Shown here in pieces: positions 50,411 through 61,080 of a stretch of 64,000 nucleotides of DNA. The position numbers and the translations under genes are program-made. Each line of letters starts with the position of its first letter. Position 1 is the first letter of the stretch. The stretch covers positions 93,684,001-93,748,000 of the forward strand of contig NC_087436.1 of assembly GCF_036321535.1 (NCBI RefSeq), in the 5' to 3' direction. The notes below the pieces were generated by a model. The model was not told the origin of the DNA. It saw nothing but the letters and a program-made list of their open reading frames with translations, and did not search any database. This DNA comes from Camelus dromedarius (lineage: Eukaryota).

Positions 50411-52583
50411 TGTTTGCACTTGAGCTGCTCAAAGGAAGAATTTGTTCAAGACCCAAGTAGCATCATTATTAGTGAGGTCATCTACTGGGCACATGTTAGA
50501 AGAGGATCAGATTCTGAATTGCCTCAGGTACAGCCTGTAGAGTATTTGGCTAAGTGTTAAGAATGATACTCTGTTCAGGTTTTGCGTTTTCCATGTCACC
50601 ACTAGACTCATTAGGAGTCGAGATTGGATCTGTAACCTCCCGGTCTGCCCAGTGTCCCAGCCCCAACTGTCCCCCGGTCCCTGGTCCCCAGCCCCCAGCC
50701 GGGAGGGTGCAGCCTGTCTCTTGACCGCAGGCCCTCTCTGCTCCTTTCTTTGGATCAGTGTCTCCTCTTAGAGCCCACGTGGCCGCCTTGCTTTCCCCGG
50801 CGAGATGAAATCTCCAGCTTTCCGTGCAGCACTTGGGTATCCATTATGGTTTCACTCTATGCTTACTCCGCAAATAACATTTCTCAACTTTACGATGGCA
50901 GAAATACAATCTACAGTGTGAATCAGCCATGTGGACCATACAGCTTGTCTCTCAGTCTTTTCCAAGACGTCCGTGGGGGAAAACTAAAATACCATTCACA
51001 CTTCCAGGGGGTACGGATCGCTGTTCCCAGCAGTGGAGACATCTGCTGCTTGTCGGCAGGAGCAGACGCGGGATCCTGCCAGCCTAGCTGCCTGGCCTGG
51101 CTGCGCATGGGCCCTTCCTCAGGCTCTGAGGGTGTGGGCCGGGAAGCAGACGTCTCCTGCCACGGACTAAGCTTTTGCTGGCATTCGAGTTGTCTCCAGC
51201 AGCAGAAGTTCCTTCTGTGTAACGTGTTCACTGTCCCACCAGGAGAAGTTTCTGTGGTTACTGTCAGAGCATGACTCTTGGGGATGCTCCATGGTGACTC
51301 TGAGCTCTCCTGGTTCTCAGGCGGTAGCGATTTGGGGCTGTCTGGTGGGGGGGGGGCTAGGATGGGGTGTTTGGCTAGTGGGCTTTGACAGACGCCCTCG
51401 TTGGACATGTCAGGCATCAGGTTTAAGAAGTGTCTCTTCTGCTCCGTCCCTTTGGAAGAAAGCCACCATTTCACCCTATATAAGAAATCATTGTTTATGG
51501 AAGCTTTTGAATTTTTGAACAGTTGAACAAAATGCTGAGTTCTGTACTTGTCCGGCATTGCTTAGATGCGTGCAGGAATCGTCCAGATCAGGCTCACCGA
51601 AGGTCAGCAGGCCTGCTCAGTGTCCAGGGGATCCCATCTAATGAGCTGGCCCCCACAGCACAAGCATCTCAGTGATCTTTAGCTCAGAGTCAGGGTTGGT
51701 CTGGAGGGACAGCATGCTAATAAGTCATCTGGACCCCACGGGCACCCAGACAGGCCTGGCTCTGCTGGGGCTCAGCTCCAGGGCAGGACTCTTGAGCCCA
51801 GGGTGTCAGTCAGGAACCACCTGGAAGCTGAGCTGGAAGGACTGCAGACATGGAAGGGGCTCCGGATGTTCCTCAGTCTGTGTGTCCCAGGACCCTTGGA
51901 TGTGGGCTCCCGTATACAGGGCTGTGTCAGGGCCCCACCTGCTAGTGAAGACATAGTGAGGACGGGGCTCCTGATAAGCTGATAAGAACTAGACTGGACA
52001 CTGGGCAGGGCTTAGCCCTCCAGAAGGACTGGCCCTCTGGTCTTACACTGGAGGCCCCTGGAGGCACATGGTACTTGACCTGAGCGCCCATTACTGGCTA
52101 AATGGATGTTTTTATATGACTTTTATATCACTAGGCATGGCCTAGATCAGGAATTGTTGATAATTTAGAGCTAACATCATAAAACACTGAACACTCATCT
52201 CATACCATTCTAAGCACATCAGATGGACAATATCATTCATGGCCCCTGACGTTCCTGAGGACATACATCCTACCATTGTCTCCGTTTTACGGGTTAGAAA
52301 GCTGCATCACTCAGGCATTAAGTAGGGAGCTGGGATTCAAACCTGGGTACTTTGGCTTCAGAGTCCAGGCTGTATACGTTTTACGGCAGCAGAAATGTCT
52401 GTGCCGGGCTCTGCCAGCGCACGCACCCCCTGAGTCCTCACCGGCACCTACGGAGTTCTCCCTCCAAGGATGCAGAAACTAAGGACAGTCATGTTGCCGA
52501 GGGCACAGCCAGAGAGTGGTGGTCCAGGACTCCCGGTCAGATCTGGTCCTCTCTTGCCACCGCACCTCTGTCTGTCTCCATTT

Positions 52584-52750
52584 CTTTCTTCCTTTCTTCC
52601 TTCCTTCCTTCCTTCCTTTCTTTTGGTGGAGGGAGGTAATTAGGTTATTTAGTTATTCTTGGAGGAGGTACTGGGGATTGAACCCAGGGCCTTATGCATG
52701 CTAAGCATGTGCTCTGCCACTAAGCTATATACACCCTGCCCCAACTCCCC
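52584..52750 (-). mobile_element. tRNA-derived SINE (Vic-1-like) with a (TTCC)n tail
   Basis: ggaggtactggggattgaacccagggcc...ctaagcatgtgctctgccactaagctata; flanks tgtct(c/t)cattt at 52573 and 52762. Confidence 0.88.
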
Positions 52751-54140
52751 ACCAGCTTGAGTGTCTTCATTTGACACGTGCTTATTGGGCACATAGCGTG
52801 TGCCAGACTGTCTTTCGGGAGGTAGGCGTTCAGAGGTCCACAGAACAGGCCTGTTCTCAAGGTGCCTCCTTTGGATTGAGCTTCCCCACTTATGGAACAG
52901 TGGGATCACGACGAGCCAGGGAGCCAGGCGACGCACAGCCATGTCACTTTGCTGCACTTCATGGAGCTGGTTCCCTCTTCTGTAAAAGCAAGACAACGGT
53001 CCGCCTGGAAGACCAAGCCTCGGATCAGGTTCTCGCTGCTGTGTATCGACTGTGACCTTGGGCGGTTCAGCTCAGCGCTCCAGACCTCCAGTTCTCACAC
53101 ATAAAGTAAACAAGGAGCCCCGGCTTGGCCGGGCGGAGAGAACACGTTGGGCCACGTGCTCTAAATCATGAAGCATTTGGAAAGTGATCTGTCAATGTCA
53201 GTGCCGCCCCGCCTTCCCCGGCAGGTCCAGACTCTTAATTCTGTGTGCAAATGATACAGCACAGAGTCAGCACTGGAGAAATGGTCACTGCTGGAAGGAG
53301 GATGACGATTAGATGCGGAGATGCCTGATGCACTGTACCTCCGAGGTTATGTTTAGACACGCGCACGTCTCATTTGCTCTGTGACCTGTGGAAACGTTGG
53401 GCTAAGTCTCTTGGTTGAACCCACCTCTGCCCAACTTTTCCATTGATAGAAATAGGCCTCATAATGCCAGCCTGGTTCCTGGGCAGGAAGTGACTAATAC
53501 AGTCAGCTGTGTGTGTGTTAGATCACAGCCCGGAGGCCTGTCTCTTGCACTCCCGATGGATGAATCTCTGAGGGTTCTGCTGTGAAGATGTTGACGCGGG
53601 CTCGCCTCTGTGCTCCACAGCCTGCAGTGGGCTGGTGGTTAAAGCTGGAGTGGCTCTCCTCCAGAGGACAAATCCTCTTGTTAGCCAACCTGAGCATCTG
53701 GCCAGACTTACATTCCTCTCTGTAAATGAATCAATTGGCATGCTAGTGTTTATTTTTTTTTAAGTGTGTGTAAATCCCTCATCATGTAGTAGATGAGCAA
53801 CCGTAACTGTGGGCATTGCCACGGGACACCGGCCTTACTTTAACTGAAGAGAGCCTTTCACATGAGAGAAAGAGCGGGAGCCCCAGAGGCCTCAGCCCCA
53901 CACTGGGCTGCCCCTGGGCCCCTCCCACAGGGTGTCCCTGAGTCTCACAGCCCCAGGTCTCCCCAGAACGTGGTGGGAACGGTGGTGCTGTGACCTGGAC
54001 GGATGAGAACACAGGTACCAGGCAGCCGATTACATTTTATTTCCTCTGCCTCCACAGAGACTCCTTACCTCCAAGGATCTGTTACTAGGAGTTGGGGGTT
54101 GGGAGGGAGAAGGGAGGGAGGGAGGAAGGGAGAAGGGTGA

Positions 54141-54159
54141 TAGTGCCCCCTGGTGGACA
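54141..54159 (-). promoter_or_regulatory. Near-consensus CTCF motif
   Basis: Reverse complement TGTCCACCAGGGGGCACTA differs from the consensus TGGCCACCAGGGGGCGCTA at 2 positions. Motif only; binding not shown. Confidence 0.6.
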
Positions 54160-54420
54160 GTGTGCACAAGAGCATCCGGACGACCTCGGGGCTAATTAGT
54201 GCCTCATGGTGGGAGCTCTGGGTAGACCTGAGAGGTCTCAGGGCCAGCCTGAAGCAGTAAGTCTAAACCTGAGGGGGGTTTTGGAGTACTCATTTCATGT
54301 TCAGCAGATATTTCCTTCTCAGTGTGTTCCTGCCCTTGAATTCTCTGGGGCTTCTTTAGAGCTGGACCAGGCCTCCCGATGTGGCGTCAGCCTGGTGTGG
54401 CAGTTGAGCACTCAGGACTG

Positions 54421-54566
54421 TGGTGAGGGCGTGCACACATGTGCGTGCAGGTGGGCCCTCTCTGAGGTCCGGGTGTGGATGAGCCACACCCCGTGGGGAG
54501 GGCGTGCACACACGTGCGTGCAGACAGACCCTCTCTGAGGTCCAGGTGTGGGTGAGCCAAACCCCG
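54421..54566. repeat. Two-copy 73-bp tandem duplication
   Basis: 54421-54493 vs 54494-54566, 9 mismatches by hand alignment. Confidence 0.9.
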
Positions 54567-54727
54567 AGCCCAGCCTTAGAAGAACCTGCACTGTGGCCGC
54601 TCCTAGGAGGCAGCGTGGCGTGGTGACAGGAATTTGTTAGCACGTAAACTTGGGTTTGAGTGCCAACTCTGTCGTATGCTAGCTGGTTACCTTAAGTTTA
54701 TACACCACTGCGTTAATCTATTAATAG

Positions 54728-55109
54728 TGTTAATCTGCTCGGGCTCCCACCACAAAATACCACACAGACTGGGTGGCTTGAACAACAGGAGTTTATTTTC
54801 TCCCAGCTCTGAAGGCTAGATGTCCAACATCACGGTGGCAGCAGGTGTGGTTTCTCCCAAAGCCTCTTCTCCTTGGCTTGCAGGTGCCACCTTCTCACGG
54901 TGCCCTCATTTGACCTCTTCTCTGTGTGCTCACATTCCTGGCATCTCTTCCTCTTTTTATAAGGACACGGTCCTCCTGGATTAGGCCCACTTTATGACCT
55001 CTTTTAACCTTAATTACCTCTTTAAAGGCACTCTGTCCAAAATGCAGTCACACTGGGGGTGAGCACTTCAATATATGAATTCTGAGGGGACACAGTTCAG
55101 TCCATAGCA
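54728..55109 (-). mobile_element. MaLR solo LTR (MLT1A-like) inserted in a MIR
   Basis: aaaataccacacagactgggtggcttgaacaacag...ggacacagttcagtccatagca; MIR halves at about 54610-54710 and 55115-55225. Confidence 0.85.
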
Positions 55110-55281
55110 ACCACCCTGTGCCTCAGTTTCTTCATCAGTAGAATAGGAATAATAATAATATCTATCTCATATGTTGCCATGTGAATTAAGTTGATTAAAT
55201 ATGTAAGACAAAGTATCTGGCATATATATGTATATATATACACACACACATACATACATACACATGCGTGTGCACGCACAC

Positions 55282-56160
55282 AGGTCTCTGCCCCTCGTTC
55301 CTGGCACAGCGCTCCTAAAACCCATGTAATTTCCTGAGTAGTAAGAGCACTAGGAGCATCTTTTGTTCTGATGATTGGTCTTTGGCCCCCATTCCTGACA
55401 CAGAGTTCCTAAATCCTTTGGAATTTCCTGGATGATAGCAGTGTCTTTTGTCCTAAGGGATGACTTGTGGTGGCTCCTGGATGGGAACTGGTCACTAGAA
55501 AAAATCAAGCCGTGATTAGAAGCTTGGAATTTTCAGCCTGCCCTCATTCCCCAGAGAGGGGAGAGGAGCTCAAAATGGAGTTAATGGTCGATCGTGCCTA
55601 CGTGATGAAGCCTCCATAGAAACCACTAAAGTACGGGGCTCAGAGAGCTTCCAAGCTGGTGAACACTTGGAGGTGCTGGGAGGGTGGCAGGCTCGGAGGG
55701 AGCTTGGAAGCTCCACACCCTTTCCCACATCCCGTGTCCTCTTCTGTCTGGATGTTCCTGAGTTATATCCTTTTATAATAAACCGGTAATCTAGTGAGTG
55801 AACTTTCCCTGAGTTTTGTGACCCACTCCAGCAAATTAATCAAACCTGAGGAGGGGTCATGGGAGCCTCCTGTTTATAGCTGGCTGGTCAGAAGTGCAGA
55901 TCACAGCCTGGACTTGCAACTGGCATCTAAAGTGAGGGTGGGGTGGGCAAGCAGCCTTGTGGGTCTCAGTCCTTAACCTGAAAGACTGGACTCTCTCTCC
56001 AAGTAGATAGTGTCAGAATTTGAGTTAAATTCTAGCACACCCAGCTGGTGTTGCAGGGAGTTGCTTGGTGTGGGGACCTCCCCTCAATTTAGTGACCAGA
56101 GGTGTCAGAAGTGAAGTTCTGTGTGAGTAGTCAAGGAGACGTGGATTTTTCCCACTCAGT
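55282..56160 (+). mobile_element. ERVL solo LTR, MER21-family
   Basis: ttcctggcacag.gctcctaaa.cc, ttagaagcttggaattttcagcc, ttataataaaccggtaa, cacccagctggtgt, gtgtcagaagtgaag motifs. Confidence 0.8.
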
Positions 56161-58347
56161 ATGTAACACACACACACACTCGTAGCAAAGCTGTGTGTGA
56201 CACTCCTGTCCGCCACCTCAGTCTCCCCCGCCCCAACCCCTCCTCACCACCATGTTCACAGTGTTAGGATTAAGTATGACGACCTCACTGTCCCAGCGTC
56301 GGATTTGCCAGAAAGTTTTACGAAACCTTAAACTTGACAGGCTTCCTTTAGGAATCAGCTTCCTCTTCTCAAAAATGGGTGGAATGCCTCGCTCACTTGA
56401 TTGGGAAAATTTAAATGGAGTTAGATAGCTAATAAAGAGCCTCTGGCATAGGAGCGCAATAAATGGAAATTCCCTCTCCCCTCATTCTCAGCCTGAAATC
56501 CCCTCACTGAAGCCCTGGTGAGAATATTGCTTTTAAGATAATAATAAATACTTAGGCATATGGATGTCAGGATTTCATTGCTGTGCAAAAATCACATCTT
56601 AAATTAAAAGCAAGTTGTGTTGGTGTCATGATTTCAGTGCTGCTCAAATGTGTATCTTGGAAATCAAAATCTAGTGCAGTGTATGTACCACCCCCAACTT
56701 GAGGGACAGGCTGAGCCCAGGCTGCAGCCCCACTGCTCTGCCCAGGTGGACTGGCTCATCTACCAAAGAGCTCACTCAGTGAGGAGCAATGAGGGGATTT
56801 TTGCTTCCTCTGAATAAGAGTAAGGAAGCAAAGACACCCCGGCGACAGTGAAATATTTAAAGTCCGTGTGGAATCAGAGCTCAGTCCGCCCCTGTGTGTG
56901 CTTCGCAGCACATCAAACCTCAGTTCCTGTAAATCTCGAAATGATGGCTTTTCTTGATGTGGTGGAGCGGTGAGTCAGCAAGCACTTTTCATAAAGCAGA
57001 GGGAACAACTGTGGAGTAGTCATCGCGGGCAGGGGCTGACTTGGGGCCTGGCACAGAGTGGGGGAAGTCAAGACGCAGACTTCGGGAGAATCTTTACGTT
57101 TTCATTTAAAGATTTAAAGTCCCTGAAGCTTTCAGTCCCAGAAGCCTGCTTGGCTCCACGTTGTGCGTGAGCGAGGACCGAAGGCGCTACTTCTTAGCTG
57201 CCTTCATCTTTTCCCTTCTTATGTTTGATAACTTAGTGTATGCTCTGAGAGGTTCCCAAATGCAGGGAATGTGGCTGGTGTTCCTGCCTTCGGACTTTTG
57301 CAGGTTTCCAGAGTGTTTAATAGGGACGGAGCCTATCATTTACTAGAGACAGAGGTGACCCTGGCTGGGAACCACCCTCCATGAACCGACCAGCCAGCAG
57401 TGGGCCAAGCAGGCAGGCAAGGAGGTGGATGTTGTAGATGATATTTCAATTATAGATCAGCCCTTGGTGCCTGGCACGCCAGAAGCACTGCATGGACGTT
57501 ATTTTACTGTCCTCTTTGTAGCAGAAGCTGTCAGCATAGGCTGTTAGCATAGGATGTGTTTTTCCAGTAGGGTGATCTTGTTCTGAAAAATAGGGCAGAG
57601 GGAGAGTAAAGTAAATGGCATGAGCGGGTCCAGCACCCCAAAGGGCCAGGTGTCTTGTTTTCTGCCCAAATGCTCACCACGTTGCAGACAGTCTGGGGAG
57701 AAACATCAGGAACAGCTAAACTGCTCACTGGGGTCAGCGTAGAATACCGTCTGGGTCCTCCCTGGCTGCCGAGGTCATTGCTGTGCTGAATAATTAATCA
57801 GGCTGATTCCTTGCTTCAGCCAGATGGAGGATGGAGAACTGGGTCACGCTCCACTCCAGAGTCCCCAGGTACCTCTCCGGGAGAGCCCACTAAGATGCTG
57901 GATTTGGAAAGCATCTCTGTGTTTCAGAGAAAAGCAATAGCAAACAAAACCTAATTTTATTTCAAACTGTGTCCATAACAACAACGATCTATGTGTAATG
58001 ATCACAGACTCTGATTTGCTAAAGACTTCCCTATTACGGAAGCCATGCCCAAGGAAGATATTTTGAACCTTGAAAAACCTATGCATTTTTAGAACAGACT
58101 CCGAAAGTCATTTGAGGTCACAGCCCTTTGTTTACTGGCTGCCTTATTTCTTGGCAAAGTCTGGATGGTCAGACAATTGGGCTGTGGGCAGAAATCGGGT
58201 CCATGCTGCCTCTGATGCTTGCAGTACCTGGGAAACGGGAGGGCAGAGGGCTGTTCCAAATTCTTAGGATGATGTCCCAGGATGTAGGCTATCACATGTG
58301 ATGTACATACCCTAAATGGTTACATTATTCTGACAACCAGTATGAAT

Positions 58348-58478
58348 TTTTTGCGGGGGAGGAGAGAGATAATTAGGTTCATGTATTTAATTATGTATTT
58401 AAAGTAGGTACTGGGGACTGAGCCCAGGACCTCATGCATGCCAAGCATGTGCTCTGCCACTTGCGCTATACCCTCCCT
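58348..58478 (-). mobile_element. tRNA-derived SINE (Vic-1-like), older copy
   Basis: taggtactggggactgagcccaggacctcatgcatgccaagcatgtgctctgccacttgcgctataccctccc; degenerate TSD (accag(t/g)atgaa) on both sides. Confidence 0.85.
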
Positions 58479-60384
58479 GCCTCTGGCCACCAGGATGAAA
58501 TTTAAAAACATGCTCTCATGCTCACATGTGGGCTGTGCAATTATTCAAAAGGTCCTTCCTCAGAGTCACATACAGCAAGATTATGTGTCTTTTTTTCCCA
58601 CCTGACCCCAAAAGCAAGAGATAAAAAGTCTTCGCAGAGCAGCTCTGCGTAGTGCAGGCCGCAGCAGGATCACCATGCTCTCAGAATCCAGGTGAGACGG
58701 GCTTGAATCCCAGCCTCATATCCTCTGGAAGTCCCTGCTCTTCCCCAAAGTTCTGCCCGCTCCCTGGGCTTACGTTTGCCTTGTGTCGACTCCCTGTTCC
58801 CCATTCTGAGGCCTTGGCCAGTACTTCTCCGCTCGCTGCCAAGTGCCTCCCCAGGGAGGAGTGTACCTTCCTCTTTTCCCGTCCCATTGTAACGGACTCC
58901 TGCCGTTACAGAGCATCGAGGGTCACGTTGAGGGACTCGCATTGCATCAAAAACAGATACTGGTTTTCAAAACTGGCTGTTGAATTTCCCTCGTCTTTCT
59001 CAGCTGTTCAGGTCTGCCTGCCACTTCAGAGGTTGTGCTTCCCCAGAGGCTGTGCGGCCCTTTCTCCTGCCCCCTGTTTTCCTTTCGCTGCTTCTGCTCG
59101 CCCCTGAACTCCCTATCAGTTCTTATGGAGAGCCATTTAACCACCTTCCCCATCCACTGCTCAGAAAAGAACTGTGGTATCAGCTAGTCAGCTTTTCCCC
59201 TTAATTGATGTCTTGATGAGTGAGTACTCCCGTATCCAAACTCCTGAGGATTCTTTTAAAGTATTTTATATTCCCAGAGCCTTTGGAAAGCTTTGGATCC
59301 TCTTTCCATACTATGCAAATACATGCATAATTTTGGGTATATTTTCAGGATATTTAGAACCTCCTGAAGCCTATCCATGGATCTCCAAGGTCCGTGGACT
59401 CTTAGGTGGGCTGATAAGAAGGACGCAGCCTGAAGACAGAGCATCCGTCCTCACCAGGCCCCAGGGCCTCTCCTCACCCCCAGCCACCCACGATGTTTGA
59501 TCATTAGCTGGAGAAACAAAACAGGATTGACTGGCTGACTGTTGGTGGTGTTCCCCAATCCAGACACTTATGACAGAGATCAGAGACCTTGCGAAAATAG
59601 TAACCACCTTTTCCTGACTGTCCTCCAGGTCAGTGACTTGAAAACCTGGGCCCTGAATCAGTGTGCTCGTGCTCCCCCGCCCACATCCCACTGTGCCTCA
59701 CTCGTGGTTCATGTCAGTGGAGCTGTGTGACCTCTGGTGTCACAGACAAATGAATACGCCCTTCCAGCTTTTTGAAATACTACTCAGAGCTGAGCGTTTG
59801 GACTGTCTGGTTCATTGCTGTGCCTCCAGAACCTAGCATATAGCAGGTGTCGGTAAATCTTTGTTAAATGAATGAACCCACCCATCCTACAAGGCTCGGC
59901 TCAGTGCCACACCCTTCAGGAAGCTGTCCATAGCTCCCTTTCTCCGAGTGAAAAGACTGCTCCTTGCTGGAGCCACTAGCACATCTGTGTGCCTCTGTGT
60001 CCCCTTATTTCTCGTTGCTGTGTCATAGATTCCCGCTTTGTGTCTTCTCCGTGTCAGGCTCATTTCTGTCTCCAGGAACGAATAGGTGCTCAATAAATGT
60101 TTGTTGACATGAATACACAGGTGTTATTGTGCTGTAGGGTAAGTAGGCTTGAATGGTAAGCAAGTCTATAAATGCATGTTCAGCAGGGTTACATTTATAG
60201 TGCTAGACTGGATTGTAGCTTTTCTCTGTGACCTTTCTTAGTTTCTTAATATCTATAGTTTAGTGTTGCCATAAATTCTGGTGTCATTTCCTTTTTGTCC
60301 TCATCCCTCAGTGGTTACACAGAGCACTGGCCGTGTCTGGGCACCTAAATGCCCGTGGTAACTCGTGGTGGCAAACTCTGCCCG

Positions 60385-60545
60385 GTTAATCCTCACAGCA
60401 CATGACAGACTGTTGTGAGGCAGATATTTTTAATGTCCATATTTTACAGATGAGGAAACTGAGGTACAGAGAAGTTAACTAACTTGCCCTGGATCACAAA
60501 TAGTAAGTGGCAGTCCTGGGATTTGAACCCAGATTTTCCTTTCAG
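60385..60545 (-). mobile_element. MIR SINE
   Basis: ttttacagatgaggaaactgaggtacagagaagttaactaacttgccc core. Confidence 0.85.
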
Positions 60546-60601
60546 GACCGATCGTAGGAATAGCGTGACTTTGAGTAAGGAAGGGGTCATTCTGTCTACA
60601 G

Positions 60602-60780
60602 CAGTGGTCCCCAAGGTGTGGTCCCCGGGCCTGCAATTTCAGCATCACCTGGGAGACTGTTAGGCATGCAGATTTGGAGGCCCTGCCCAGACCTGCTGAA
60701 TCAGAAACTATGGGAATGGTGTCCAGTTTTCTGTGTTTTAACAAAGCTCTCTGGGTGTTTTAGCTTTGTCTGAGATCCAT
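60602..60780. mobile_element. MER5A-like MITE
   Basis: cagtggtccccaaggtgtggtccc...agcatcacctgggag...cccagacctgctgaatcagaaact...ctgtgttttaacaa. Confidence 0.78.
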
Positions 60781-60839
60781 TAAACTGGAGGAATCTTTAA
60801 AATCCACACATAGAAAAAAGTTAAAATTTATCAAAATAG

Positions 60840-61080
60840 CATAATAAATGTTTATTGAGTTATTATTTGCCAGGCGCTATGCTAAACATTTTAACCTGCG
60901 TCATCTCAGTCCCAATGACAGTGCTGTGAAGTGCAGGGTAAGAACATTATTCCCATTTTACAGATGAAGAAACGGACCCTTAGAGACCTGAAGTGACTTC
61001 CCCAAAGTCATAAGCTAGTAGGTAGCGAACTCGTGATTTGAACTGAAATCCATCTGATGCACAGTCCGTACCCTGAACCA
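60840..61080 (-). mobile_element. MIR SINE
   Basis: tttattgag...tgccaggcgctatgcta...cccattttacagatgaagaaac...gtgacttccccaaagtca. Confidence 0.8.
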
